Positions 9,659 to 18,993 of a stretch of 64,000 bases of DNA are shown here, one piece after another. The position numbers and the translations under genes were made by a program. The DNA is from Elusimicrobia bacterium RIFOXYD2_FULL_34_15 (GTDB lineage: Bacteria > Elusimicrobiota > UBA8919). The stretch lies in assembly GCA_001800605.1 (NCBI GenBank), contig MGVS01000068.1, forward strand, positions 14,028 to 78,027. The letters run 5' to 3'. Below the pieces are notes generated by a model that was not told the DNA's origin, made no database searches, and saw only the letters and a list, made by a program, of their open reading frames with translations. Positions within the stretch are counted from its first letter, which is position 1. Each line of letters begins with the position of its first letter.

Positions 9659-11578
9659 ATGAAAAAGAAAGATATTATTTGGATTATATTTATTTTAATT
9701 ATTGTTGTTTTTCAATATAATGAAATTATTTTTCATAAAAAAATATTTTTTATGCGAGATTTAACATATCTTTTTCATCCTTGGAAGACCGCAGTATCAG
9801 AATCATTACTAAAAGGAAACATACCTTTATGGAACCCTTATTCATACTGTGGAATGCCTCTTTTAGCCAATTTCCAATCAGCAGTTTTTTATCCTTTTTC
9901 AATACTTTTTTATGTCTTTGGATTTATCAACGGTTTAAAACTTTTTACAATATTACATACTTTTTTAGGATCTCTATTTGTTTTTTTGTATTTTCGCAAT
10001 AAGAAATTCAAAATAATGCCTTCTTTTACAGTTGGGATAATATTCTCATTAGGCGGTTATTTAATAACAAAAATAGAATTTTTAAGCTTATATGGAACAA
10101 CCATCTGGCTTCCCTTGTTTCTTATGCTTTCTCTAAATTCTAATATATTTATAGGAGCATTGGTTTTCTCTTTTATTATATTTGCAGGATATCCACCTAT
10201 TATAATATTTTTCTTGACTTTATTATTTATTGAAGCATTTTTTGATAAGAAATTAAAAAATATTTTATTAATATTACTTTCCGGGCTTTTAGTATCATCT
10301 ATCCAAATTTTACCTTCGATAGAACTAATTTTAAACTCTATAAGAAAAAGCGGTTTGTCTATAACAGACACAACTGTTTGGTCGGCAAATTTTTCTGATA
10401 TTATATCACTAATTTCACCTATATTTTTAAAAGTTGAACAAACAGGCCTGTTCAGTGGTGAAAAATATTTTTGGTTAAAATCATTTTGGATAGGATTTAT
10501 CGCAGCTTTTATGGCAATCCTTGGAATAATTATCACAATATTTAATAAAGATTTTTATTTAAATAGAAAAAAGTCTATCGTATATTTGTGTTTGGTTCTG
10601 TTTTCGCTGTTTTTCTCACTTGGCAGTAAAACACCAATTTATATTTTTATATATAAATATATACCCGTATTTAATTTAATCCGGTATCCAGCTTATATAT
10701 TGTTAATTCCTTTCTTTATATTTATAATCTATATTGCAACCGGACTTAATAATATAAAAAAAGCATCATTTTTACTTACTTTTTTAATAGTTTTTGAACT
10801 TTTAATATATACTCACAAAATACATCCGACAATAGAATATAATTACTATTCTGAAAAAGGTTCAATTACCAATTTTCTTCAGAAAGATAAAGATTATTTC
10901 AGGTTCTTTCTGACTCCAAAAACTGCTTGGTCCGAAAAAATAAAGATACCTGATTACGGGAATATCGGATGGTATATTCTAAAGGATCGTCTTCCGGGAA
11001 TAACGTCAATAACATCGCACCTTTTTGATGCAGGAGGAATAGGGGAACCCATTGAAACAATAGAACATTCAAGATTTATTAATCAAATTCAATTAAAAAA
11101 CAGTGCTGATGATGCAAATGAACTTTTATCAGATGCAAATGTAAAATATCTTTTATGCGATGATATTATTAATTCAAAATTCTGGAAATTAGCATATAAA
11201 TCGCATCTATTTATTTACAAAAATAGTAATTTTGTTGAAAGAAGTTTTGTCATAGATAAAAATAATAAAAAAAGGGCATCAAATATTATTTATTATTCAC
11301 CTGACAAAATAAAAGTTGAGACAGTAAATTCGGGTAATCTTTTATTTTTAGATTCTTATTATCCGGGCTGGCAGGCATATATCAATGGTAAAAAAAGCGC
11401 TATTCGTAAAGATAACTATATCTTCCGTGCAATAACTTTAAAAAATTCAGATAAATATTTAATACATTTTCTCTATCGTCCTATTTTATTTACTATTGGT
11501 GTGTTGATTTCTCTTATATCAATTTGTATAATTATAATCTGTGATATACTTACTTTTACCGGCATTCAACGAAGCTGA
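9659..11578 (+). CDS. YfhO-like GT-C fold membrane glycosyltransferase
   Basis: 639 aa polytopic protein. N-terminal motif NIPLWNPYSYCGMPLLANFQSAVFYPF matches the YfhO family signature. Large C-terminal extracytoplasmic domain. Confidence 0.6.
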   Translation: MKKKDIIWIIFILIIVVFQYNEIIFHKKIFFMRDLTYLFHPWKTAVSESLLKGNIPLWNPYSYCGMPLLANFQSAVFYPFSILFYVFGFINGLKLFTILHTFLGSLFVFLYFRNKKFKIMPSFTVGIIFSLGGYLITKIEFLSLYGTTIWLPLFLMLSLNSNIFIGALVFSFIIFAGYPPIIIFFLTLLFIEAFFDKKLKNILLILLSGLLVSSIQILPSIELILNSIRKSGLSITDTTVWSANFSDIISLISPIFLKVEQTGLFSGEKYFWLKSFWIGFIAAFMAILGIIITIFNKDFYLNRKKSIVYLCLVLFSLFFSLGSKTPIYIFIYKYIPVFNLIRYPAYILLIPFFIFIIYIATGLNNIKKASFLLTFLIVFELLIYTHKIHPTIEYNYYSEKGSITNFLQKDKDYFRFFLTPKTAWSEKIKIPDYGNIGWYILKDRLPGITSITSHLFDAGGIGEPIETIEHSRFINQIQLKNSADDANELLSDANVKYLLCDDIINSKFWKLAYKSHLFIYKNSNFVERSFVIDKNNKKRASNIIYYSPDKIKVETVNSGNLLFLDSYYPGWQAYINGKKSAIRKDNYIFRAITLKNSDKYLIHFLYRPILFTIGVLISLISICIIIICDILTFTGIQRS

Positions 11579-12272
11579 AGGTATTGAAGTTTTAGTAAGA
11601 AATATTTCTTTTCAGCTTTCTAATCAGCAACATTCCATAATTATTGTCAATGATGGTTCTTTCGACAACACTCCAGATATATTAAAAAAACTACAACCAG
11701 AATTAAATCTTAATATAATAAATCACGAAAAAAATCTTGGTTTAGGTAAGGCGATGCAAACCGGAATAAATTATGTTTCATCAGTCATTAATAAAAACGA
11801 TATTCTAATCACTATGGATGCTGATAATACCCACCCTGTTGATTTAATGCAAAAACTTGAAGAGAAAATCAATAACGGTTATGATATTGCGATTGCTTCA
11901 AGATATGCATCCGGAGGAAAAGAAGTAGGATTGAAAAAGTATAGAAAGATTTTAAGCGGCGGTGCAGGAATAATTTTAAAACTTTTTTTCCCGATAAACA
12001 ATGTATCGGATTATACAAGCGGTTACCGTGCATATTCCGGAAATATAATTAAAAAAGCAAAAGATTTTTACGGGCAAAAGCTAGTAACAGTCTCAGGTTT
12101 TACTTGCATGGCTGAAATCCTTATAAAACTATCTAAAATAAACGCCTCTATATCAGAAGTCGGCCTAGTTTTACGTTACGACCTGAAAAGGGGGAAAAGC
12201 AAAATAAAAATCTTAAAAACTATTTTAGCATATTTTCATCTTATTTTGAGGTTAAAATTTGAAAAAGGCTAA
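11541..12272 (+). CDS. GT2 family polyprenyl-phosphate sugar synthase (DPM1/CsbB/GtrB-like)
   Basis: 243 aa. LPAFNEAEG, VNDGSFDNT and MDADNTHP (DxD) motifs of GT-A family 2 enzymes. It has a 38-nt overlap with the upstream YfhO-like gene. Confidence 0.75.
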   Translation: MIYLLLPAFNEAEGIEVLVRNISFQLSNQQHSIIIVNDGSFDNTPDILKKLQPELNLNIINHEKNLGLGKAMQTGINYVSSVINKNDILITMDADNTHPVDLMQKLEEKINNGYDIAIASRYASGGKEVGLKKYRKILSGGAGIILKLFFPINNVSDYTSGYRAYSGNIIKKAKDFYGQKLVTVSGFTCMAEILIKLSKINASISEVGLVLRYDLKRGKSKIKILKTILAYFHLILRLKFEKG

Positions 12273-13833
12273 AGTATTATTGTTATTTTCAATATTAGTA
12301 TTGTTTTTCTTTTACGATATAATATTTACAGATAAAATGTATCTTTTCAGAGATATATTGAATTTATTTATGCCATACCGGCTTTTTGCAGCAGAAAATA
12401 TTCAAAATGGAACTGTACCTATATGGAACCCTTATTCTTTTTTTGGTCAACCTTTTTTAGCTAATCCGGAAACTTCTTTATTTTATCCTTTTACAATTCT
12501 TTTTTATCTTTTCAAATTCACAATCGCATATAAAGTTTTTGTCATTTTGCATTTCTATCTAGCTTCAATATTTTTTTATTTTTTGGCAAAAACTCTTAAA
12601 ATAAAAAATTCATATGCTATATTTGGTTCAATTTGCTGGGCATTTGGCGGATATCTAATCACCCGTGTTGAATTTTTAAGTATTCTTGGCGCAGCGATTT
12701 GGCTTCCTCTTGCATTGATTTTTTTAATGAATAAAAATAAAATTTTACTCGGCTTGGTATTTGTTATGCAAATTTTTGCAGGCCACCCTCAAATTATATT
12801 TTATACAATTTTGCTGCTTTTATTTTTTCTTAAGAAAAATATTATTTATACGTTTATATTTTCTATTTTTTTTGCTTTGTTTTTGTCGTCTATTCAGATA
12901 ATACCTTCGTTTGAATTTATTCGCAGTTCAAACAGAGCAAAAGGAATTACTTATCAGGAAGCTTCGAGTGTTTCAATTTCACCTGCTGAAATTATCAAAA
13001 ACATTTTACCAATGAAAAATATAGATATTACAGGCAATTTTTGGCTTAAATCATTTTATGTCGGTTTGATTCCTTTAATATTTATTTTTACTTACTTTTT
13101 TAATAGCGATAAAAAGCTTCTCTTGCCTCTGATTGTAATATTAATTTTGGCATTAGGCAGAAATACTCCGGTTTATGAATTTCTATACAAATATTTGTTA
13201 CCTTTTTCAAGAATAAGATACCCGGCAGCAATAATGTTTCTATTCTCGTTCATAATCTGTTTAATGATTTCTAAATCAAATATTTACGATCTTTCAAAAT
13301 TTACACCTTTATTTATTATACTTACAATTTTTGATTTATATTTATATTCATATAAGCTTAATCCTAAAATATCTTCGGAATTTATAAATATTAAAACTAA
13401 AAATATATTAAACCTTCAAAAAAATACTGATGACGGAAAATATCTTGTTTTGCCCGACGTTTATTCAAACACATTGAACTATTACGATTTTATTAATACT
13501 TTACCTGCAAATGTTAATATACCTCATCATATTTTTAATGCTTCAGGGTATGACCCTCTAACGACAGAAGGGATAGAAACATTTGTTGAAAAGTTAAAAA
13601 ATGATACCAATGCCAAGGAATTATCTAAATATAATATCAAATATGTAATAACAAATAAGAATATTGATAATGGCTGGCGAAAATTGAAAAATAATATTTT
13701 CGAAAATAAATATTACAATACAAGTATATCTATAAATCCGCAAACATTTCGGCCTTGTCATATTTACTTTTTAGTTGGAATATGCTTAACTATATTTAGT
13801 ACCGTATTTCTTGCACTATACATTAAAATATGA
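12259..13833 (+). CDS. YfhO-like GT-C fold membrane glycosyltransferase (paralog)
   Basis: 524 aa. Motif TVPIWNPYSFFGQPFLANPETSLFYPF as in 9659..11578. Polytopic. Confidence 0.6.
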   Translation: MKKAKVLLLFSILVLFFFYDIIFTDKMYLFRDILNLFMPYRLFAAENIQNGTVPIWNPYSFFGQPFLANPETSLFYPFTILFYLFKFTIAYKVFVILHFYLASIFFYFLAKTLKIKNSYAIFGSICWAFGGYLITRVEFLSILGAAIWLPLALIFLMNKNKILLGLVFVMQIFAGHPQIIFYTILLLLFFLKKNIIYTFIFSIFFALFLSSIQIIPSFEFIRSSNRAKGITYQEASSVSISPAEIIKNILPMKNIDITGNFWLKSFYVGLIPLIFIFTYFFNSDKKLLLPLIVILILALGRNTPVYEFLYKYLLPFSRIRYPAAIMFLFSFIICLMISKSNIYDLSKFTPLFIILTIFDLYLYSYKLNPKISSEFINIKTKNILNLQKNTDDGKYLVLPDVYSNTLNYYDFINTLPANVNIPHHIFNASGYDPLTTEGIETFVEKLKNDTNAKELSKYNIKYVITNKNIDNGWRKLKNNIFENKYYNTSISINPQTFRPCHIYFLVGICLTIFSTVFLALYIKI

Positions 13834-14972
13834 AACTAAAAATTTGCATGTTATTAGAAAGATTTCATCCTGTATTCGGTGGTACCGAATTGCAGGCACA
13901 AAGATTGGCAAGATCGCTTATAAACTCAGGGAATGATGTCTTTATACTTACTGCACGGCTTAAAAAGCTAAATAAATATGAATTATTGGATAATCTTCCA
14001 ATCTATAGAACCTTTTCTATTGGAAAAGGCCTTTTATCTTCTATTTGTTTCTTTATCTCATCTTTTTTATTTCTCTTTATTAATCGCAATAAATACGAAA
14101 TTATACATGTTCATTTAGCTTCTTCACATGCATTCTCTGCAATTTTAATAAAGAAGCTTTTTAAAAAAAGAATTATTTTAAAATTTGGCGGTGCAAGGAG
14201 CACAGGCGATATTGCTACTTCACTATCTAAACCTTTAGGAAAACTAAAACTAAATATACTAAAAAAATATTTTGATATTTACATTGTTCCTAGTAAAGAG
14301 GTTTTTGATGAAATAATTTCCGAAGGATTTTCTATAGATAAAACCCTTATAATTCCAAACGGCGTAAACACCGATATTTTTAAGCGAGTGGATTTGAATG
14401 AAAAAATAAACTTAAGAAAAGTTCTTGGTTTGCCTATTGACAAACAAATCTGTATCTATGTCGGAAGAATTGAAGAAGGGAAGGGTATTAATCTCCTTTT
14501 AAACATATGGAAAAATGTTACAGAAAATTACGTTCTTTTAATAATAGGTTCCGGTTCTTTACTTGAAAAATTTAAAAAATCTTTTCAAAATAAAAATATT
14601 GTTTTTTTGGGATTCAAGAATAATGTTAATAATTATTTACAAGCATCGGATTTATTCATACTGCCGTCTTTTGGTGAGGGCCTTTCCAACGCAATTCTTG
14701 AAGCAATGTCATGCGGTCTTGTTGCAGTAGCAAATAAAATACCCTCAAATGAGGAAATCATAATCGATAGGGACAATGGTATTCTTATAAATATAGATAC
14801 AATTAAGGATTTTCCCAATCTAATCAATCAGATTTTTTCAAACAAAGAAATGTTCAACAAATTATCTTTCTCTGCAGTTAAAACAATAGAAAATAGATTT
14901 TCTATTAATATCGTTACAAATTCATATATAAAACTATATAGAAACATTTTATCCAATTATAAACAAGCTTGA
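13830..14972 (+). CDS. Glycosyltransferase family 4 (GT-B, Glycos_transf_1)
   Basis: 380 aa. C-terminal EGLSNAILEAMSCGLVAVA motif typical of GT4. Confidence 0.8.
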   Translation: MKLKICMLLERFHPVFGGTELQAQRLARSLINSGNDVFILTARLKKLNKYELLDNLPIYRTFSIGKGLLSSICFFISSFLFLFINRNKYEIIHVHLASSHAFSAILIKKLFKKRIILKFGGARSTGDIATSLSKPLGKLKLNILKKYFDIYIVPSKEVFDEIISEGFSIDKTLIIPNGVNTDIFKRVDLNEKINLRKVLGLPIDKQICIYVGRIEEGKGINLLLNIWKNVTENYVLLIIGSGSLLEKFKKSFQNKNIVFLGFKNNVNNYLQASDLFILPSFGEGLSNAILEAMSCGLVAVANKIPSNEEIIIDRDNGILINIDTIKDFPNLINQIFSNKEMFNKLSFSAVKTIENRFSINIVTNSYIKLYRNILSNYKQA

Positions 14973-15049
14973 TAAATTTTATTTTATAAGTTAAATTAGT
15001 GACGAAAATAACAGATTTCTGTTCTTACTCTAAAGATTACTAACCAAAT

Positions 15050-16615
15050 ATGAAAATAACATTAATTTCAGTAACAGATGATATAACTGCATTCGGGTTA
15101 AGAAGTATTTCATCCTATTTAAAAAAGGCGGGACATTCCGTACGGATGATTTTCCTGCCTCAACCATTTTACAAAGGGCAACTTTCCGCAAAATATCCGG
15201 ATAATATTATTGACGAAGCGGTAAATCTATCTAAAGACTCCGATTTGATAGGTATATCTTTAATGACTAATCATTTTGAAAGGGCTGTGCAGATAACTCA
15301 AAATTTAAAAAAACATTTTGACATCCCGGTCATCTGGGGCGGAATTCATCCAACTGTTAAACCCGACGAAAGCCTAGAATACGCCGATATAGTTATTATT
15401 GGCGAAGGTGAGGAAACTTTGCAGGACTTAACTTCAAAAATAGATGAACTTCATAAAGTAAAAGGGATATACTTTAAAGATACGTCAGGTAAAATTGTAA
15501 AAAATGAAATGAGACCGCTAATCTGTGATTTGGACACAATACCGCCGCCAGATTATGATATTGAAGACCATTTTGTAATTGAAGGGAATAAAATTTACAA
15601 CATGAATGTTCCTCTTTTTAGAAAATATTTAGCAAGAACTTACAAACCCGATACTTACTACACAATGGCTACGCGGGGATGTATTATGAATTGTTCTTAT
15701 TGCTGCAACAATTTTTATTCTAGATATTATTCCGAACAGAAGAAATTCAGAAAAAGAAGCACAAAACATATAATTGACGAATTGAAAGCTATTTTGAAAA
15801 AATTCGATTTTATTAAGGTAATAGCATATTCAGATGATAGTTTTTTTTCAATTAGTTTCGACGAAATGAAGGATTTTTGCATTGAATACAAAAAAAATAT
15901 AGGAATGCCCCTTCAAATACCGGGCGTCTCTTACTGGAACTTCAGCGAAGAGAAACTTAAGCTTTGCCTTGATGCGGGACTTGAAAGAATACGTCTTGGA
16001 ATACAAACCTGCAGCGAGCGTACAAACAGAGAAATCTACAAACGTAATGTTTCAAATAAAAAATTGCTTGATATTATTAAAACTATAGATAAATACAAAT
16101 CACTTATGGAACCGCCGATGTACGATTTAATTCTTGATAATCCATGGGAGACCGATGATGATATAATCGAAACGTTAACTTTTTTGATTGAAATACCGAA
16201 ACCATATCATCTTTCTTTACATTCATTAACATTTTTTCCAGGAACTGAACTCTATGAAAGAGCAAAAAAAGAGAAACTAATTATTGATGATTTAAACGAT
16301 GTTTACCGTAAATACTATTGTGATTTTAAAAGAAATACTTATTTGAATAATTTATTTTTGCGCTTCTGGCTATGGAATATACCGAAACCTGTAGAAAAAT
16401 TACTAATAAATAAAACTCTCATTTCGACCGGATTGTATCGCGTTACTAACTTAATGATTAATTTTATAAGGTTAATCGAACTATTTTTCAAAGGATTAAA
16501 ATCTTTATTTAGGGGAAACTTATCTTCAATTTATTCTTACTTATTAGAGAGAATAAATACCTACAGAATAACAAAATCGTTATACAAAACATCCCGTAAA
16601 ACCGCTAAAAAATAG
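15050..16615 (+). CDS. B12-binding domain radical SAM enzyme (class B, candidate methyltransferase)
   Basis: 521 aa. N-terminal cobalamin-binding Rossmann domain (VIWGGIHPT, IIGEGEET) and CIMNCSYC (Cx3Cx2C) radical-SAM cluster motif. Confidence 0.85.
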   Translation: MKITLISVTDDITAFGLRSISSYLKKAGHSVRMIFLPQPFYKGQLSAKYPDNIIDEAVNLSKDSDLIGISLMTNHFERAVQITQNLKKHFDIPVIWGGIHPTVKPDESLEYADIVIIGEGEETLQDLTSKIDELHKVKGIYFKDTSGKIVKNEMRPLICDLDTIPPPDYDIEDHFVIEGNKIYNMNVPLFRKYLARTYKPDTYYTMATRGCIMNCSYCCNNFYSRYYSEQKKFRKRSTKHIIDELKAILKKFDFIKVIAYSDDSFFSISFDEMKDFCIEYKKNIGMPLQIPGVSYWNFSEEKLKLCLDAGLERIRLGIQTCSERTNREIYKRNVSNKKLLDIIKTIDKYKSLMEPPMYDLILDNPWETDDDIIETLTFLIEIPKPYHLSLHSLTFFPGTELYERAKKEKLIIDDLNDVYRKYYCDFKRNTYLNNLFLRFWLWNIPKPVEKLLINKTLISTGLYRVTNLMINFIRLIELFFKGLKSLFRGNLSSIYSYLLERINTYRITKSLYKTSRKTAKK

Positions 16616-16806
16616 TCTTAAATCAATTAACTGTTTTATAGTGTAAATAAGTTTTCAATTTATATTGTTACGAATTTATATCTAAAACTCTACCGGGACA
16701 TCCTATCAAAATGAGTTATAGAGTTTATTGAGTTCTTAGAGTTTTAGCGTTAGAATCCTATAACCCTATAACCCAAAAACCTATAAACTTCCTCTAAAAA
16801 AAGAGC

Positions 16807-16835
16807 TTGACAAATATTGAAATATTGTTTATACT
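16807..16835 (+). promoter_or_regulatory. Sigma70-type promoter (TTGACA 16807-16812, 17-nt spacer, TATACT 16830-16835) upstream of the GbsR-like regulator
   Basis: Direct sequence match in a 253-bp AT-rich intergenic region that also contains short CTATAACC-like direct repeats. Confidence 0.55.
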
Positions 16836-16867
16836 ATATTTAGAACGTTTAATACGTTTTAAACAAT

Positions 16868-17386
16868 ATGAATACTGATAATTTAAATATTAATTTTATA
16901 AGAATAATCGGCGAACTCGGCGCAAACTTGGGGTTAAACAGAAGTGTGGGCCAAATATACGGTCTTCTTTATATGAATGACGAACCATTATCACTTGATG
17001 ATATAGTCATTAAACTTAAAATGAGTAAAGGGAGTGTAAGTTTAAATATCCGTGAATTAGAAAGGTGGGAAGCTGTAAAAAAAATATGGGTAAGGGGTTC
17101 CCGCAAGGATTTCTATGAAGTTAATCCGGATTTTATTAATGTCATATACAAAAGAACGAATATCAGGACTAAGAAAATCTTAAATAGTTTTAATTCTGCT
17201 ATATCAGATTTCGAAAAAAACAATTCACTTAGTAAGGTTCAAAAAGAAAGACTCGTACAAATAAAAAAAATACAGGGTATTTTTCAAAGTATTTCAAATA
17301 ATTTGCCCGAGAATATTTCATTAAATATTATTTCAAAATTATCCTCATCATTATCAGTTTTAAAATCTATATTACCTAAAAAATAA
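16868..17386 (+). CDS. GbsR/MarR-family winged-helix transcriptional regulator
   Basis: 172 aa. The core RSVGQIYGLLYMNDEPLSLDDIVIKLKMSKGSVSLNIRELERWEAVKKIWVRGSRKDFYEV closely follows the GbsR-type MarR pattern (..GxxYGLLYLS..PLSLDEI...L..SKASVS...RELE.W..V..V). Confidence 0.7.
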   Translation: MNTDNLNINFIRIIGELGANLGLNRSVGQIYGLLYMNDEPLSLDDIVIKLKMSKGSVSLNIRELERWEAVKKIWVRGSRKDFYEVNPDFINVIYKRTNIRTKKILNSFNSAISDFEKNNSLSKVQKERLVQIKKIQGIFQSISNNLPENISLNIISKLSSSLSVLKSILPKK

Positions 17387-17395
17387 AGGTGAAAA

Positions 17396-18964
17396 ATGAG
17401 TACAAATATAAAAATTGCGAAAGCTTATGTCATTCTTATTACCGCAAGTGTTGTCGGCAGTATTTTGAGCTTAGGCAAAGAAATGCTTGTTGCCAAGTAT
17501 TTCGGAATTTCAAAAGCAATGGATGCTTTTTATACTGCTTTAACTATACCAAATTCTATTAACGCTATTACCGTCTCTACTTTTGGAATAACTTTTCTTC
17601 CTATTTTCGTGCAGTATAAAACTAAAGATAAAGAGGAAGCAAACCATCTGGCAAGTATTGCAATAAACTATATGTTTATTTTTCTTTTCTTAATTGCAAT
17701 AATTCTTTTTATTTTTTCTAAACAAATTGTAACTAATTTTTTTAATGGGTTGAACCCAGAAACATCTATGCTTGCAATAAATATATTGAAGATATTAAGC
17801 ATAACAATGATATTTACCGGTTTGGTCGGCACAATTACCTGGATATTAAACGCATTTGAAAATTTTTCTGCACCTTCATTTTCACAGATGTTTATAACAA
17901 TAAGCATTATAACCTTTATTTTCTTTTTTACTAAGAGTATGGGCGTTTATATTTTTGCATGGGGAACTCTTGCTGGTTTATTTATTCAATTTGTCTTTCT
18001 ACTGCCTTTTTTAAAAAGGAAAGGTTATAAACATTATTTTGATTTTAACATACGGCATCCTGCAATGAAAAAAACATTAAATTTCAGTTTGACATTTTTT
18101 TTGCTAGGAGTTATTTCAAGTTTGACAGCCATAATAAACAGATCTATGGCATCATGGCTGCCGTCCGGAAGTATTGCAGCGTTAGGCTATGCCGATAAAC
18201 TGGTGCAGGTGCCTTTGGTAATTTTTTCAGGTTCAATTGCAACCGCCATATACCCTTTTTTTGCGAGTCAATTTGCTGAAAATAAAATAGAGGACATGAA
18301 AGACACTCTTGCAACCAGCATAAAAATGACCGGTTTCATCTTTATACCTTTAGCCGTAGTTATGATTATTCTGTCAAAACCCACAATTCAAGCTCTATTT
18401 CAAAGGGGTGTTTTTGACGAACACGCAACAAATTTAACATCTATAATTTTTATATGCTATACACTTCAGCTTTTTTCCAATTTCGCAGTAGTAGTTATGG
18501 CAAGATTACTTCTTGTATTTCAGGATATGTTGAGTTATGTAAAAATAACAATAACCGGCATAGTGTTAACGGTAATACTAAATTTTATTTTTATTAAAAC
18601 GGTTAATCCGCCGGCAGCAGGAATCGCTCTTTCAACTTCCTTGGTGTGTCTAATTACTGCTATTCTTTATTTCATATATTTGAAGAAAAAAATACATAAT
18701 TTACATGGAATATCTATACTTAAATCGTTGAGTAAAACAACTTTTTTTGCTATAATATCAGGAATAATTATTTTTGTCGTTTTCCGAGAATTAAATGCAT
18801 TGATTCCAAAAATTTCACTTTTCAACCGGCTTTTTAAAATAATTTGTTCGGCATCTATAGGAATGGCATCTTTTATTGCAATATCATTTTTATTGAAATT
18901 TGAAGAAGCAGATAAAATTTATAAACTTGTAAAAACAAAAATTAGGAGTTTTGTTAAAAGATAA
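17396..18964 (+). CDS. MurJ/MviN-family (MOP superfamily) lipid-linked oligosaccharide flippase
   Basis: 522 aa with about 14 TM helices. N-terminal region ...GSILSLGKEMLVAKYFGISKAMDAFYTALTIPN matches MurJ/Wzx-type flippases. Confidence 0.75.
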   Translation: MSTNIKIAKAYVILITASVVGSILSLGKEMLVAKYFGISKAMDAFYTALTIPNSINAITVSTFGITFLPIFVQYKTKDKEEANHLASIAINYMFIFLFLIAIILFIFSKQIVTNFFNGLNPETSMLAINILKILSITMIFTGLVGTITWILNAFENFSAPSFSQMFITISIITFIFFFTKSMGVYIFAWGTLAGLFIQFVFLLPFLKRKGYKHYFDFNIRHPAMKKTLNFSLTFFLLGVISSLTAIINRSMASWLPSGSIAALGYADKLVQVPLVIFSGSIATAIYPFFASQFAENKIEDMKDTLATSIKMTGFIFIPLAVVMIILSKPTIQALFQRGVFDEHATNLTSIIFICYTLQLFSNFAVVVMARLLLVFQDMLSYVKITITGIVLTVILNFIFIKTVNPPAAGIALSTSLVCLITAILYFIYLKKKIHNLHGISILKSLSKTTFFAIISGIIIFVVFRELNALIPKISLFNRLFKIICSASIGMASFIAISFLLKFEEADKIYKLVKTKIRSFVKR

Positions 18965-18993
18965 CTAATTAATACAGAAATTCTAGGTAAAAT

